Below are positions 61,786 through 64,000 of a DNA stretch of 64,000 nucleotides, piece by piece. How positions within the stretch are numbered: position 1 is the first letter of the stretch; every line of letters starts with the position of its first letter. Under the pieces are notes generated by a model. It made no database searches and was not told the DNA's origin. It saw only the letters and a list, made by a program, of their open reading frames with translations. The stretch comes from Dudresnaya verticillata. Its lineage: Eukaryota. A program made the position numbers and the translations under genes. The stretch is from the NCBI GenBank assembly GCA_977862235.1, contig OZ374558.1:2914001-2978000 (forward strand), in the 5' to 3' direction.

Positions 61786-62612
61786 TCATTCTGACATTCC
61801 CCCTCGCGAAGACGAAGACTCGACTTGTAGTCTATCTCGGTGAGTTTGAAAACTTGATCCTACGAGCGACTTGGTCTTAGAATCTGCTTTGTTTGATTCT
61901 GACGGAGTGTATCTCACTTGAACTTCATTGTTTTCCACTGCTTCTTTGACGAATGAGTATCGAATTCCAATGTGCTTAATATTTCTAAATCCTTGGACAT
62001 CGTTGGTCCATCTAATAGTGCCTAGGTTATCTTGATGAATCGTAATGGGCAATTGTACAGTAATATCTAGCTCAGTGAGGACATGTCGGCACCATTTCAC
62101 CAGTTTCAGACAATCCACGAGAGTATAAAACTCTGCTTCTGGGGTTGAGACTGCAACTGACTGTTGTAACTTTAAAAGTTCCAAAAAACTGGATTTTCCC
62201 CAATCGTTAAAACAATGCCTGACCTTGATCGTCTAATGTCTTGTTCCCGATCCCAATCTGCATCATGCCATGCTTCGACGAGTCCATCGCTATCACGGTA
62301 GGATAGTCCGTAATATACAGTTCCTTTCAGGTATCTGAATACATTTTTTAGGGCTTTCCGGTGTACTGGCTTCGGTGAAGCGCTGAATGCTCCCAACATA
62401 GATACTACTGTTGCGCTTTCAGGCCTTTTCCTTGTACTTAGGTGGATTAAGGTTGCCACCGCGCTGGAAGAAGGTACTGCTTCCATTTTCAATTCCTCTT
62501 CTGCTGTTCACATTGTCCTTGGATCTTAGAGTACATGACTTGAAGGTACTGGGGTTGGTAATGGATTGCAATTAGTCATGTTCGTGTCATTGAGAAGTTT
62601 TTCAATCAATGG
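61786..62612 (-). pseudogene. Ty1/Copia RT C-terminus and RNase H
   Basis: VFRYLKGT, HDADW..RRSRSG, VAVSTPEAEF, QDN, KHIGIRYSFVKE, NKAD. Confidence 0.92.
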
Positions 62613-63132
62613 TGTGGTTCAAGCAACCCGCGTCGCCCCTGATATAAGTTACCGCCGCTGGCGTGTAGACCCTCGACGAGTGGTGTCTACCGCCGTTCGG
62701 CGTGGGACACAATTTCGAAAAACGCCCACTGGCGTTGGCGCGAACCCGCTCGCTTCGCAGGAAGAAATCGCCATTGGCGTACAAACCGTGGCCAACTCGC
62801 CCGCGGCTCAGGTGCGGCGAAACACCGAGTGTGGGTGAGGTGGCATACTCGGCTGTGCGCCTACAAGTGGTACACGCTGGCTACGCATAGCAGGGCAATG
62901 GGATCACACACGTGTACGGTCTAAGCGGGGACCTCTTTGTAAGCCGTAAGCCGTGTCCACGTGTGTGTAAGCAACTCGTACGCACATATCTTTAAGCAAC
63001 GAGTGCGCACGGTTCTATCAGCACATGGCTTCATCGCGACCGTACTTGTCAGACAGACGACGTAACGAAACCTGTCCCGACTTCCCGCGCGTCTGCGTAA
63101 CGCCACTGCCACGCGTCTAGTAGTAGTAGTAT
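62613..63132 (+). mobile_element. Truncated family C LTR abutting the Copia RT
   Basis: Aligns with 10364-10881. Confidence 0.8.
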
Positions 63133-64000
63133 AAGCTCCGCGCAAAAGATGAACCAAAGGCACTAATCAGCGCGTAACATCGCTTTACTTAAGCCAATCC
63201 ACTTTTGACGACGCATACGCCCCAAACAAAGCCACCGGAACGTTTCAACGAAGCTACAATATCTCACATGTTAAATTGCTGATTATGTACAGTATGAAAA
63301 CACAGCAAAGGCAGGCAAACAGCATAACGGAGCAATTGCGGACAGAAAAGCGAACGAAATATGTAATTGTTCCACCCAATCTTAGGGGATAATCCGATTA
63401 GCCACCCATATCGACACAGTCCTTAATCCTGCAGCATTGCGTCTCATTGCCCGCGATTTGGACAAACGCTGCACCCTTGCCGGCCTCTCGAGCAGCCAAT
63501 GCTCACGGGCCTTATTTCTCGCACCCTCAGCTTTCCTTGCATTCAAGCGGTCAGTGGCCTGGCGTTCCCAATTTTCACGCCTTTCAGCAGTGTCAACTGC
63601 ACGCACTGCACGCTGTCTCCCTGCATTGTGTGGTGTATGGTAGGAAAAGACGCCTAGCCACGGACTGGATTATGGTGCGAACATCTGTTGACGATCTACA
63701 CCTCCGGACCGTTCGGCATCCGGTGGGTAGCCGCTTGTAGCGGGGTAGCTGTGGCAGAGCAGAGGGGATTCGCCAAGGGCGGACTGTACACTGTGGTGCA
63801 ACACCCGAAGACAACGGCGTTTGCCCCTAACCGTGTTCGAACGGTCTTCCGCGAGGTAGTAGCAGACAGCAAGTGATGAGGCGGGTGTATGTAGCTGGGT
63901 AGAGCGGATGAGGCACGGGGTGTGCCCCGGGTAGTTGAGATGTGGACGCGGTCGACTGTAAACCCCCGGCCCACGTAGAAGTGCTGTAGTGCACGTAGAA

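Larger units (their letters stand above)
57238..61796 (-). mobile_element. Copia 3' LTR (~460 bp), split by the piggyBac-like insertion
   Basis: PPT GAGGGGGAA then TGTCAGA at 61796 (minus strand); matching TGACA end at 57238. Confidence 0.65.

Noticed and set aside
63629..64000. Possible LTR terminus (TGTGGTGTA)
   Set aside because: Runs off the window; no partner end or TSD can be verified

Overview
Eukaryotic, transposon-dominated window. The intron-poor genes and TE repertoire suggest a red seaweed (inference only). Positions 1-44 kb and 57-64 kb are nests of decayed elements whose boundaries can often be fixed by target-site duplications (TSDs). They include a PIF/Harbinger remnant; a MULE (12070-24786) whose transposase region starts with a J-domain (HPD); a pol-less gag-bearing LTR element A (16500-24338); a PAT/DIRS-type tyrosine-recombinase retroelement (25232-~43825) split by a 13-kb chromodomain Ty3/gypsy element D (28138-41186); many solo LTRs; a CRE-like non-LTR 3' end; Copia remnants; and an ATAT-targeting piggyBac-like element with a YqaJ/lambda-exonuclease domain inside its transposase. 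A host-gene island (45-57 kb) holds two paralogous membrane-protein genes and two paralogous secreted-protein genes. The top observation is that elements A and D, which have different LTRs, both carry a long antisense ORF upstream of the 3' LTR. The two ORFs share two co-linear conserved blocks, suggesting an uncharacterised accessory protein family retained even after loss of pol. All alignments were done by eye and no database searches were run.
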